DNA of 64,000 nucleotides, taken from contig OZ037765.1 in the NCBI GenBank assembly GCA_964035545.1, positions 34,099,504 through 34,163,503 on the forward strand, given 5' to 3'. Source of the DNA: Bugula neritina. Taxonomy: Eukaryota > Animalia > Bryozoa. Position 1 is the stretch's first letter. The number at the start of each line of letters is the position of its first letter. Position numbers and translations under genes: made by a program. This document shows positions 48,810-60,700 of the stretch, piece after piece. The notes under the pieces were generated by a model. It made no database searches. It was not told the origin of the DNA and worked only from the letters and a program-made list of their open reading frames with translations.

Positions 48810-51800
48810 ATGCTGCCGAATTCACTAAGAGAGGCCCAAAATACAAAACCAAACTGCCATAAGCACGGCCAAGTTCTTGCAGTGATTCTCTCTGTGTCAA
48901 GCAGCAAAAATAACAATCTGCTGTTTCGTTACCCTTGTGATACGTCGGAAGAGCTGCAGGATGCTGGGGCTGAATCAGGTGAATTAATGGCTGTCAGTAA
49001 ATCACTGAAACTAAACAGTATATGTGAGCTTTGAGACCCCTAAATCTAGAATGATCCGTTTTGTAACTTTACATTTTGCTTGTTCTCAAGGAATACTCTG
49101 TTTTGTACGACTTCTGGCTGATATATTTTATTACAGGACTCTAATATGAAGCATATCTCTTTGGTTTAATTTAACTATAAACTGTGTTTATCTTACAGAT
49201 TCTACCGTACGAAATGAATTTGCTGTAAAAAATGACGACAGTTACTATGAGGTCACTAACCAGTAAGTCCTTCTGATTTAGGAATATATAGCGGTTCAAT
49301 TTGATTCTTTTTTCGGAATATGGCTATAGAAGTATAATATATATAAGCCATCCAAAGTACTCTAAACTGATATTAAAGAGCAATTGTCAAGTTCCTCTGC
49401 TATTATAATATGATTCTGAAACAAATTAATAAGTGTTTTGTTGATAAGCTGTGGTATTATGTTATTCTAAAACTAGGAAAGAAATCTTTTTTGTAAAATA
49501 TTAAAAAGTACCAAATGAAACTCGCTGGTACAGAAGTTACTGCTCAGGGGCAGTTATCTAGTTAGGTGTATGTATTAGCTCAGTTGGACTCTAACCCATG
49601 TTCTAGATTCTTCCAGCATCTGGGCATTGGTGAGAATGGTTTAATCACGTGAGTAGTATTTCTCACTTTCCACACTTCTGACTCATGACGTCGCTTTCTA
49701 ACATTACATGTTTGTTTGGTGTCCATCTTTACAGCACCCAGTGTTTCAACTCTGTGCATATGAAAGATCTTTTCTCCACACTATTCTAAAATATTCTTAG
49801 CTCTCTCCTTTCCTTTACGTGTCCACATTTTTATCACCGCTATGCAATTTTATGTGCTTTTCACTTCTATCACTATTGAAGAAGTTTGGGAATTTTCGCA
49901 CGGCGTTCTCAGCCTACCATTCTCCCTCCTTTTAGGTGAACACATTCCTGATTTATATTCTGCTTTGGCGCCACGCTTTTTTTGTTTAAATGTTGCTGAT
50001 ATTTTGTAGTGTCAACGTGATGAATAACTGTGTATTGTTCAACCATCGTATAACATTCTAGCAGTTGAATTAAACTAAACTTAGCAGTTGTTTGCTGTGC
50101 AGTCTCATTATTACTCAAGTATTGCTCTTTGTGTTTTTATCAACACTTACTGCAGTGTGTTAGCTTATGCACTGAAACTGGTCCACCTGATGTGTTTATT
50201 CATCCCTTCCCCCACAACCTGGCCAAGCTTTCTCCTTAGACACCCTAAATTGTATTTTAAAGAACTATATCCAAGAAAATACATATATGAAATAGTAATT
50301 TGTAGCACAATAACCTCCCTTCACACTACAGTTTGATATCGTAGCTCAGCTCTGCTGTTGAGAGGTCTGGTCACACTACAAGTTGTCACCAATTATTAAA
50401 GCTAATTACCAACCAGCAAACATTTAACTAGAAAGCAGTTTGTCATTTACTCCTGCACTTGCAACAGCAAATATCTATATGAACAGAGTTTAGCTGGATC
50501 TGTGAATATAATTCAACCAAGTTCACTAATGTAAACAATGAATGTTATTTTCTCTTGATACATCCCCAATGAATGGAAAAATAGTGCTGGAGGTATTAAA
50601 CTACTCAGCCAATCAGCAGGTGGCAACAAGCAATATAATTAGTTGACAACATGTTGCTGTCTAAATTCAGATGTGACTCACCACTCAACAGCAGTGCTGA
50701 ACATCTAGCTGTAGTGTGACGTAACTGGCATTATGGTTGAGCTACAGTCTATAATAGTGTCATTCATCTTCACTACTACAGATACTCGGACAATGTTCTC
50801 TCCACATTCCTAGCTGTGCAGTCTTCACAGCTGGCTAACAAACCCTTTGATGTCAAAGTAGACGACGTCCAGTTTGTCGGTTATCCCGTCTCCGTGAAGC
50901 ACAGGAAGAAGCAGAGCAAGGAGACGAGCAGCGCCAGTCTAACCAATGTCAACGTTGTATTTGCCTTGCCGGTAATTCCCTCTTCTTGTATTGCAGTTTC
51001 ACTTTGCTGGTAACTCCCCTTTTTGTATTGCAGTTTCACTTTGCTGGTAATTCCCCCTTTTTGTATTGCAGTTTCACTTTGCTGGTAACTCTTCTCTGTA
51101 TTGTTGTTTCATTTTGCTGGTAATTCCCCTTACTGTATTATAGTTTCACTTTGCTGGTAACCCCCCCTTCCTGTATTTTAATGCTTCAGTGTATGAATTG
51201 GAGTTGCGAGTAACTTTAGTATTTTTTTCACCATGTCAAATTTAGCCTAAGTTCTTATATTTTCCTCTCATTGTAAAAGGAGAGTGTGACGGAGGCAACC
51301 AAGGCATGCTACCATCAGCTCTCTCAACAGGTTGCCATGGCGATCAAACATGAAGAAAGTCGTTGTTGTTACTTCTGTACTCAGAAGAAGCTGATGGAAC
51401 CCATTTTAGAGGACTATAGGGAAGGTGGGCTGTACTAGTATATGTTATCTAATAGTACATGTTATCTAATAGTACATGTTATCTAATAGTATATGTTATC
51501 TAATAGTACATGTTATCTAATAGTACATGTTATCTAATAGTATGTGTTATCTAATAGTATGTGTTATCTAATAGTATGTGTTATCTAATAGTACGTGTTA
51601 TCTAATAGTATGTGTTATCTAATAGTACGTGTTATCTAATAGTACATGTTATCTAATAGTACGTGTTATCTAATAGTACGTGTTATCTAATAGTACATGT
51701 TATCTAATAGTATATGTTATCTAATAGTATATGTTATCTAATAGTATATGTTATCTAATAGTACATGTTATCTAATAGTATATGTTATCTAATAGTACAT

Positions 51801-54800
51801 GTTATCTAATAGTACATGTTATCTAATAGTACATGTTATCTAATAGTACATGTTATCTAATAGTATATGTTATCTAATAGTATATGTTATCTAATAGTAT
51901 GTGTTATCTAATAGTATATGTTATCTAATAGTATATGTTATCTAATAGTACATGTTATCTAATAGTATATGTTATCTAATAGTACATGTTATCTAATAGT
52001 ACATGTTATCTAATAGTACATGTTATCTAATAGTACATGTTATCTAATAGTATATGTTATCTAATAGTATATGTTATCTAATAGTATGTGTTATCTAATA
52101 GTACATGTTATCTAATAGTATATGTTATCTAATAGTATATGTTATCTAATAGTATATGTTATCTAATAGTACATGTTATCTAATAGTACGTGTTATCTAA
52201 TAGTATGTGTTATCTAATAGTATATGTTATCTAATAGTACAGTTGAATAGCTGATTAATACTTCTGGTACAGATTATAGTCATAGTTACTGTCAATATTT
52301 GGGGACTCTGGAGAAGAGGTTCTGGACCTAGCCCCAGGCCCATGACAGCACGCGATCTTCAGAAGGAATCATCATACGCCCTTACCCTGTTTATATAGAC
52401 TGTCTGTTTCAACCTGTATTTATACTTGAGCATGGTTTGCATACAGTCTATCTTCACATTGGCAGATCCCTGCAGACACCCCTCCCTCATCATGCTGGAT
52501 AAAGGCTACACTCTCCCTACTACTCTCAAGAATGTATTTGATCAGTAAGTGCTTGTTTCATTTGACAATTTGTTTCTATGTGGTTAGATGTAGTTTATCT
52601 TGAGTATGAATATGATGTTAACATGCCATGCATTAGTGTTGTGGTGGTTATATATGGTGTCAGCCACTGGTATCATAATATTTACAGGGTGTCAAACACT
52701 GTATCATAATGTATACAGGGTGTCAGCCACTGGTATCATAATATATACAGGGTGTCAGGCACTGGTATCATAATATTTACAGAGTGTCAGACACTGGTAT
52801 CATAATATATACAGGGTGTCAGGCACTGGTATCATAATATTTACAGGGTGTCAGACACTGGTATCATAATATTTACAGGGTGTCAGACACTGGTATCATA
52901 ATATTTACAGGGTGCCAGACACTGGTATCATAATATCTACAGGGTGTCAGACACTGGTATCATAATATTTGCAGGGTGTCAGACACTGGTATCATAATAT
53001 TTACAGGGTGTCACACACTGGTATTGTGCTGGAGCTGATGAATGGTTGGACTGAAATAAACTTTTGTCTTCCTATAAAAGCTCACAACCTGCCCTTTGAT
53101 TCAGAGCTGTACATAACGGTAAGTGTATACTGTATTATATATAACAGTAAGTATATACTGTATTATATATAACAGTAAGTGTATACTGTATTATATATAA
53201 CAGTAAGTGTATACTGTATTATATATAACAGTAAGTGTATACTGTATTATATATAACAGTAAGTGTATCTTGTATTATATATAACAGTAAGTATATACTG
53301 TATTATATATAACAGTAAGTATATACTGTATTATATATAACAGTAAGTGTATACTGTATTATATATAACAGTAAGTATATACTGTATTATATATAACAGT
53401 AAGTGTATACTGTATTATATATAACAGTAAGTGTATACTGTATTATATGTAACAGTAAATATATACCGTATTATATATAACAGTAAGTGTATACTGTATT
53501 ATATATAACAGTAAGTATATACTGTATTATATATAACAGTAAGTGTATACTGTATTATATATAACAGTGAGTATACACTGTATTATACATAACAGTAAGT
53601 GTATACTGTATTATGTATAACAGTAAGTGTATACTGTATTATATGTAAGAATTTATTTGTTTGTTTGTGTAGGAGGGGGACATAGACAGCTGTCTGGACC
53701 TTCTCAGGTGAGTAAAGTATTCAACAGCCACTCTTTTAGCTCTGAGAGAGAAGATAATAATATTGAGTATAGTAGCCCTCATAGTAACGTTGTGTTCTTA
53801 TTGGATAAGGAGTCCCTATATATACATCTGGTAGGTAGGTAGGTAGGTATGTCAATACTTATGTAGAGTTTATGTAACACCACGTAGCCACGCCATGTTA
53901 CTGCTCGTGTTTGCAGACCGTATCACGCCATGTTACTCCACGTGTTTGCAGACCGTATCACGCCATGTTACTCCTCGTGTTTGCAGACCGTATCACGCCA
54001 TGTTACTGCTCGTGTTTGCAGACCGTATCACGCCATGTTACTGCTAGTTGAGGTGAGGTCTCTCATCAAACAGCTGCCCACCGACTCCAGTCCCGCTCTG
54101 GTCAGACTCCTCAGGGTTTACTCGGCTAAGAAGAATCTGCAGGAGCTTGCTGCCGACAGCGACCTGGAGTTGTCTCAGGTGTGTGACAAGCAGTTCACCT
54201 TGACCTTAGCTGTGTGTCACAATGTCCTGTGTCTCTACCTCATGTCACATCATGTTACACTGGACATGTCACAATGTGATGTGTGTGACTCAGTGTCATG
54301 CACATGATGTCACACATGATGTCACACGATGTCACACAATAGTACCTGACTAGCACCTGCCACTCTCATCTCTGTATTCCCTGCAGATATTCAAGCTGGT
54401 GAGTCACCTGGTATACTGGGCTAAAGCTACCGTTATCTACCCCCTGTGTGAACACAACGTGTACGCCCTCTCTCCTAACGCTCCCACATCTATGTAAGTG
54501 TTAGTAGTCTGGTCATGTGATAGGATATGATGTCATTAGTTACAACATCACATAGATTACATGACTAAATATTAGCATTTTATATTTTAAATCTTGTTAT
54601 TACTTGTATGTATGGTACTATTATTTTTATGCAAAGCATATTATATGCATGCTATACTTGTGCTATACTTGTATTATACTTGTATTTCACTTGTGCTAAA
54701 CTTGTGATATACTTGTGCTATACTTGTGCTAAACTTGATCTAGAAAGTCCCACCTGGTGGATGAGTTTAACAAAGCATTTCCCGAGTACAACCTGACGGA

Positions 54801-56107
54801 GATTCTGTCGGAGTTTTCCTTCCCCAGTCAGTTTGACGAGCACCAGAAGGTGATTGATGGCAGACATCGCAAGGTGCTTGTTTTAACCAGCTCTCCAGTT
54901 TCTAGTCTGAGTAACCGAGATATGTATGCATGTGAAGACTGCATAGATATAATATAACTACAATATATACTATACTGTATTGTATAGTATTATACACCCC
55001 AGTACACTACATAGCTATACTCTATATTATACTATATACTATATACTATACTCTATATTATACTATATACTATACTATATACTATACTCTATATTATACT
55101 ATATACTATACTCTATATTATACTATATACTATATACTATACTATATATTATACTATATACTATATACTATACTATATATTATACTATATACTATACTCT
55201 ATATTATACTATATACTATATACTATACTATATATTATACTATATACTATTTACTATACTATATACTATATACTATATACTATACTATATACTATACTAT
55301 ATACACACATATATACACACATATACACACCACAGAGTGAGATGGTAAAGATAGTCATCTGGTTACTAAAGCACAGACTACTCATACAGCTCCACGACTA
55401 TCTCTACCTCAAACCATCCTATTGTGAGATTACCACCTCTGCAGACGGGAAGCGAGGTTAGTCTGAGTATCTCTGCAGCCCTAGCATACTTTTCATTTAC
55501 TTCTAGCTTGTTCTCTAAACCTTTCCTGTTGTTGTGTACCTTGTGGATCTGCGTTGTAGTTGTGGAGCTCAATGAGGCAGGGAAGGAGCAGCTGGCAGCA
55601 GTGGCCGATGCTAACAGTGCGGCAGCATTCTCTGAGTGAGTGTCTCTTCCCCTCCTTTAACTATGTACACTAGTGGGTAGTTAGTCTTCACTATAATAGA
55701 TGGTATTTATGTCAAGTATATGTAAAGGATGGACAACTCTATAATAATGAGTGAGCTTCCAGTAAAAGATTAGTTTATATGTGTTTATTCACTTGATTAT
55801 TTATATCTAGTGAATATATAATATAATTTCATGAAAATTAAATAATATTATAAAACTAGAATACATTTATGGTAATTGTGAAGACAACTCCCAAGTGTTC
55901 ATTGCAAGGAATTTCCCTCCTAACTTTATGATGTCTAAACTTTGCAGTTTGATAAAGTACTTTGACGGAACGAGGCACATTGAAGACATCATGTACTTCC
56001 AGGATATTAACAGATGTCAAGTAGCCACCATAGTGGACAGGTTCCTGCCCATGTTGTATAAAATACAGCTGGCCGACCCGGCCACCTCCTACTACGCTAA
56101 AGTGTAG
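48810..56107 (+). CDS. NPRL3: GATOR1 complex subunit NPRL3, ~528 aa, 14 coding exons
   Basis: Exons 48810-48978, 49199-49262, 49607-49648, 50782-50971, 51280-51424, 52466-52544, 53007-53118, 53673-53707, 54022-54178, 54387-54493, 54744-54873, 55336-55456, 55560-55635, 55948-56107, in phase. Motifs [66 protein letters not shown] and [13 protein letters not shown]. Confidence 0.94.
50964..51180 (+). repeat. 35-38-nt minisatellite duplicating the NPRL3 donor at 50972, 6 copies
   Basis: Unit TTTGCTG|GTAATTCCCCTTTTGTATTGCAGTTTCAC. Confidence 0.85.
51436..52240. repeat. 17-nt minisatellite TAGTACATGTTATCTAA, ~47 copies
   Basis: Starts ~11 nt after the NPRL3 donor at 51425. Confidence 0.95.
52656..53024 (+). 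repeat. 32-nt minisatellite duplicating the NPRL3 acceptor at 53006 plus 18 nt of exon, 11 acceptors
   Basis: Unit CATAATATTTACAG|GGTGTCAGACACTGGTAT. Confidence 0.93.
53113..53645 (+). repeat. 28-nt minisatellite duplicating the NPRL3 donor at 53119, ~19 copies
   Basis: Unit ATAACA|GTAAGTGTATACTGTATTATAT. Confidence 0.93.
53890..54045 (+). repeat. 35-nt unit duplicating the NPRL3 acceptor plus exon start, 4 acceptors
   Basis: CGTGTTTGCAG|ACCGTATCACGCCATGTTACTGCT, with AG ending at 53916, 53951, 53986 and 54021. Confidence 0.93.
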
Positions 56108-57704
56108 TAGTAGAACTCAGTCTACTAGTCTAATGTACATTTACTGTAAATAGTAGAGTTTATTTACATTCTATTTTTATGTATTATTTCTACTTAATAT
56201 GGAGGAAAGCCTTTCGGGTATCTTTTTTTATATATTTTTGTACATAAATGCCCAGATAGTTAATGAAAATGTTATCACTTTTGCGATTCTATTGTAACAA
56301 ATTTGGGTGCTAAATAATCTGGGAAATATTTTGTATGATCTAATATCTTTTTTGACTGGAAGTTGTCTTTTCTCGCTAATAAATCGTTATTGGTTATCCA
56401 TTCATTGATAATAGTTTCCTGTGTTTTTTAATTGTTCCTTTACTTGAATAACTATTCACTTTAAATACAATTTCTAGTCTCATTCATATCAGATCAGTAT
56501 TGCTAACAAGTATGTCTCTCACAGAGTCGCTCAAATCTCTCACATATTCACTCAAGTCTCTCACCGAGTGACTCGTTATCATTAAAAGATGGTTCTTATA
56601 AAATTTTTATAAGAACCATCTTATATAATATGCTACAGGTGCCTGCAATTAATATTGCTAATTGTGAATATAAAGCAAAAATAATTTACCTAATTTTGCT
56701 TTCGCACTCTGTTGTGAAATCAAGTTCCTTTATATTGTCTGATGATTCACGTAAAAAAAAATGGTTTTCCAGTATGAATTTTACCACCTTTGCAATTTTC
56801 TTTTTGTAAAAGCAATGCTAGGATAGATTGTTCCTTTGACACATTTGAACCTAATTATTTACCGATTAATTGTCGCTATGGCATAATGAATAGCTTAAAG
56901 TGTATTGTGATGCAGCTATTGGTGTGGGATTAATATTTTGTTGAAAATACATAATATTTGCAGTAGATACAATTTCTATATAGTTTTATTTTAGAGTTTT
57001 AGACAAACATCGTTCAAAGTGGGAGTTGTCAACTATATTGTACTAGAAATTACCTGAACGCACGCGCGTTGTATCGGATATGGATACCTTGGAATCATGA
57101 AAACAACATTTTTTAAAATCGGAATATCTTGTTAAATTCTCGCAAGAGGCCTGAGATCGTGTGGATATTTTGTACATAATAATTATATATAATATATGTA
57201 TAGCTGTAGCATTAAAACCTCAATTTTACTACTGTATAGATAATGAGAGTGAGCTACTTGTTATGACTGACTAATAAGTTTTTCAAGTAAGTTGCAATTT
57301 CAACTAAACTTACTCTTACAGTAACTGTAAAGTTTACTAGTATTACTATTAGTATAAGTATTAGTATTACTATTAGTATTACTATTATGTCTATTAGTTA
57401 TACTTATAGGCACAGTTATAGTAATGCTAATAATAGCAATACTAATGCTAATAGAATCAATCAATGTGAATCAGTATCGGAATGGGAATCAGTCACTTTT
57501 TTATTTTAAATTTATATAAATAGCCTCAAACACTGTAAATCTTTTATTTGTTCAAGTTATATAAATAAAAGTATTACTGTAATAAAAGTCGCAATTAAAT
57601 TATGATAAACATATTATGATAATAATTATGATGATTATCATAATATAAGTACTGCTTTTATTTAATTTTGAAACTTAATTTTAGGTCATTTAGCTGGATA
57701 AGTC

Positions 57705-60700
57705 ATGGATACAGGTGATAGTGGTAAGTGAATGAACTTTACACAAATTGAATTAAATAATCAATTGTTTAATTTATCTTTGATTCATTAGTTTTGAAAA
57801 ATGTTATTGACAACTTTGTAAATCTGCTTTTGAAAAACGGTCTTCTTCTCAACTCTAACTATTATTCACTAATTCTTCAATTTGATTTTTACTTTTGTTT
57901 AGGGGTGAAGGTTGACAAGCGGTTTGCTCGTAAGAAATGGTCAAGTGAAAAGAGCCATGAGATTATGATGACTCCGCGGCGTCACGACAGGGTCCGTATG
58001 TCACAGATCACCAATAAAACTCATTAATGTATTCTTTTCACATGATACCAAAAGTTTCAACAACGTTCTAAATAGTTTCAGTTAGTGGTTACAGTACGAT
58101 ATGTTGATACAGGTAGCTGTTGCCAAGCAAATGGAGCCATCCCCCGGCTATGATGAGTACTTGTTTCTACTGCAACAGAGGAATAAGTAAGTTGTCTTTA
58201 TATATTTCTTTAATATAACCCTTTCTCAATTGCTTATTGTAAGTCAAAAAACATTCTCCAGCATCAGTTTTTTATTTTGCAGCAACTTGGAGCATTCATT
58301 TTTTAAATCATGTTTTATTTTCAACATTTTTAAAATGAATAAAAGTTTTTCGAGGATGAGTTATAACCAAAATCCTATGAAGGTAAACATTGTAACATAT
58401 TGAAGATTATGCTTATAGAAAATTTCTATTAAATAATGTTTAAACATCATTTAAACTTTATTTTTATATTATTTGCTATAAAAAAATAAAGTGTGTGAGT
58501 ATAGTTGGTTTGATTTCAGTTCAATACAATCAATTACTCTCCTCGTTGTTTATGCAGAATGCTGGAGAAAGTGAAACTCACTGATAAAAAGCAAATAGAA
58601 AAGGAGAAGAAAGAAAAGGGCTTCAGTTTGTATGTGAATGGTGCCAATGACAAGAAAGGTAACAACGCTCGGCGTAGGACGCCCCGGCATACTCCTAGAC
58701 ACACCCCAAACTCTCGGCTAGCCACTGGTGAGGCTATTACAAAATATTTAGTCCTGTAAAAGCTGCTTTATTATGTTTCCTTTATTTTCTGAGGAATATT
58801 TAGTGTACTATTTTCCTATGAAATTTTATTATGGATTTTTTTAGAAGACTATATAAATTAACTGTATAGGAAGAAATTATTATGCTAAAGATTGTATATA
58901 AATTACCTATACATAAGAAATATCAGAGCAAAGACTATAAATTATTTATAGTAAAGAAATATGATGGTAAAATTAACTAGTAGCATTGACGGGCTTCTAA
59001 AAGAGTTATTTAGAGATTATAATGAATATTATGTATAATGTATATTATTTGTATATATATTATATTTTTTGTGTGTTTCAGAGTTGTCTCATCTATCTAA
59101 GAACTCTCCACGACAGGAAGAGCTAGCATTAAACATTCCTTCTTTGACCTCGAGGTCAAGGTCAGCCCCGGAGAAAGCCGAGAAGAAGTTGAGGAAAAAC
59201 TGGAATGCCTCGTCAGTCAACATTCAGACGGCGAGGGGAGAGAAGATGCACCTCAATGCACCAGGTTAGGGTACAATGATATTATGTAGTATATAGCATA
59301 ATATATAATAATATGTAACATAATATATCATAATATATAACATAATATATAATAATATATAACATAATATATAATAATATGTAACATAATATATCATAAT
59401 ATATAAGAATATGTAACATAATATATAACATAATATATAATAATATATAACATAATTCTATCATTTATTGTGTAACATCATTTTCATGATATGCTATATT
59501 TTGTAAAGTATACTAGTGGCTGCGTATAATTTTCTGCTACTGCATGTATTATGCACAAGATTTAATATTATCTGATGGGCTGGAACACAGAGCCTCCTTT
59601 AGTATATATAAATAGCGTGATGAGAAGAAATATTATCACAATCTTTTTGGAATCTCAAGGTTTTTGTTAGATGGCCATAAGTGAAATTTTAATTAAGTTT
59701 TTATGGATAGTATCAGTTTTTTAATACTACATTTGTATATTATTATATTTGTTATATATTTACATATGATTATGTAACATTTAGATACAATAACTGGCGA
59801 CTACTCTGAAGATTTTGAAGAGGTGACGGAGAGTATAAACAACAATAATGAGGTTGGTGATGTCATGTTTGTTGTAACGCTGAAAGTATTAGCAGTATCT
59901 TGTGTCAAACTCTTATGTAGTACTTGGGTTTTATTGTATTGAAGCTTTTATGCATCTATAACATGTGAGGTTTATAAGAGAAACAAAATACTTGGTGAAA
60001 TTGCAAGCACTAGTTAGCTGTAGCACTTGTTACTGGTGTCATCAAGCTGTAGCACTTGTTACTGATGTCATCAAGCTGTAGCACTTGTTACTGGTGTCAT
60101 CAAGCTGTAGCACCTGCTACTGGTGTCATCAAGCTGTAGCACCTGCTACTGGTGTCATCAAGCTGTAGCACCTGCTACTAGTGTCATCAAGCTGTAGCAC
60201 CTGCTACTGGTGTCATCAAGCTGTAGCACCTGCTACTGGTGTCATCAAGCTGTAGCACTTGTTACTGGTGTCATCAAGCTGTAGCACCTGCTACTGGTGT
60301 CATCAAGCTGTAGCACCTGCTACTGGTGTCATCAAGCTGTAACACTTGTTACTAGTGTCATCAAGCTGTAGCACCTGCTACTGGTGTCATCAAGCTGTAG
60401 CACCTGCTACTGGTGTCATCAAGCTGTAGCACCTGCTACTGGTGTCATCAAGCTGTAGCACTTGTTACTGGTGTCATCAGGCTATGGTGTTCTGTAGAGT
60501 GAGGCCACAGTACATGACAGTATAAACTCTGACGGGGATGAAGATACAACTATTAGTGATCACGTGCTTCTCTCTGTACATGACATTTCTGTAAGTATAT
60601 CAACTACTTACCTCTGTAAGTATATTAACTACTTACCTCTGTAAGTACATCAACTACTTACCTCTGTAAGCATATAAATTAATTACTTTTGTAAGTATAT

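Noticed and set aside
3565-56750. Other CTGATGA/CTGAAGA heptamers (e.g. ~3569, 9928, 27329, 43389, 46057, 56739) as hammerheads
   Set aside because: None has a stem II followed by GAAA and closing stems.
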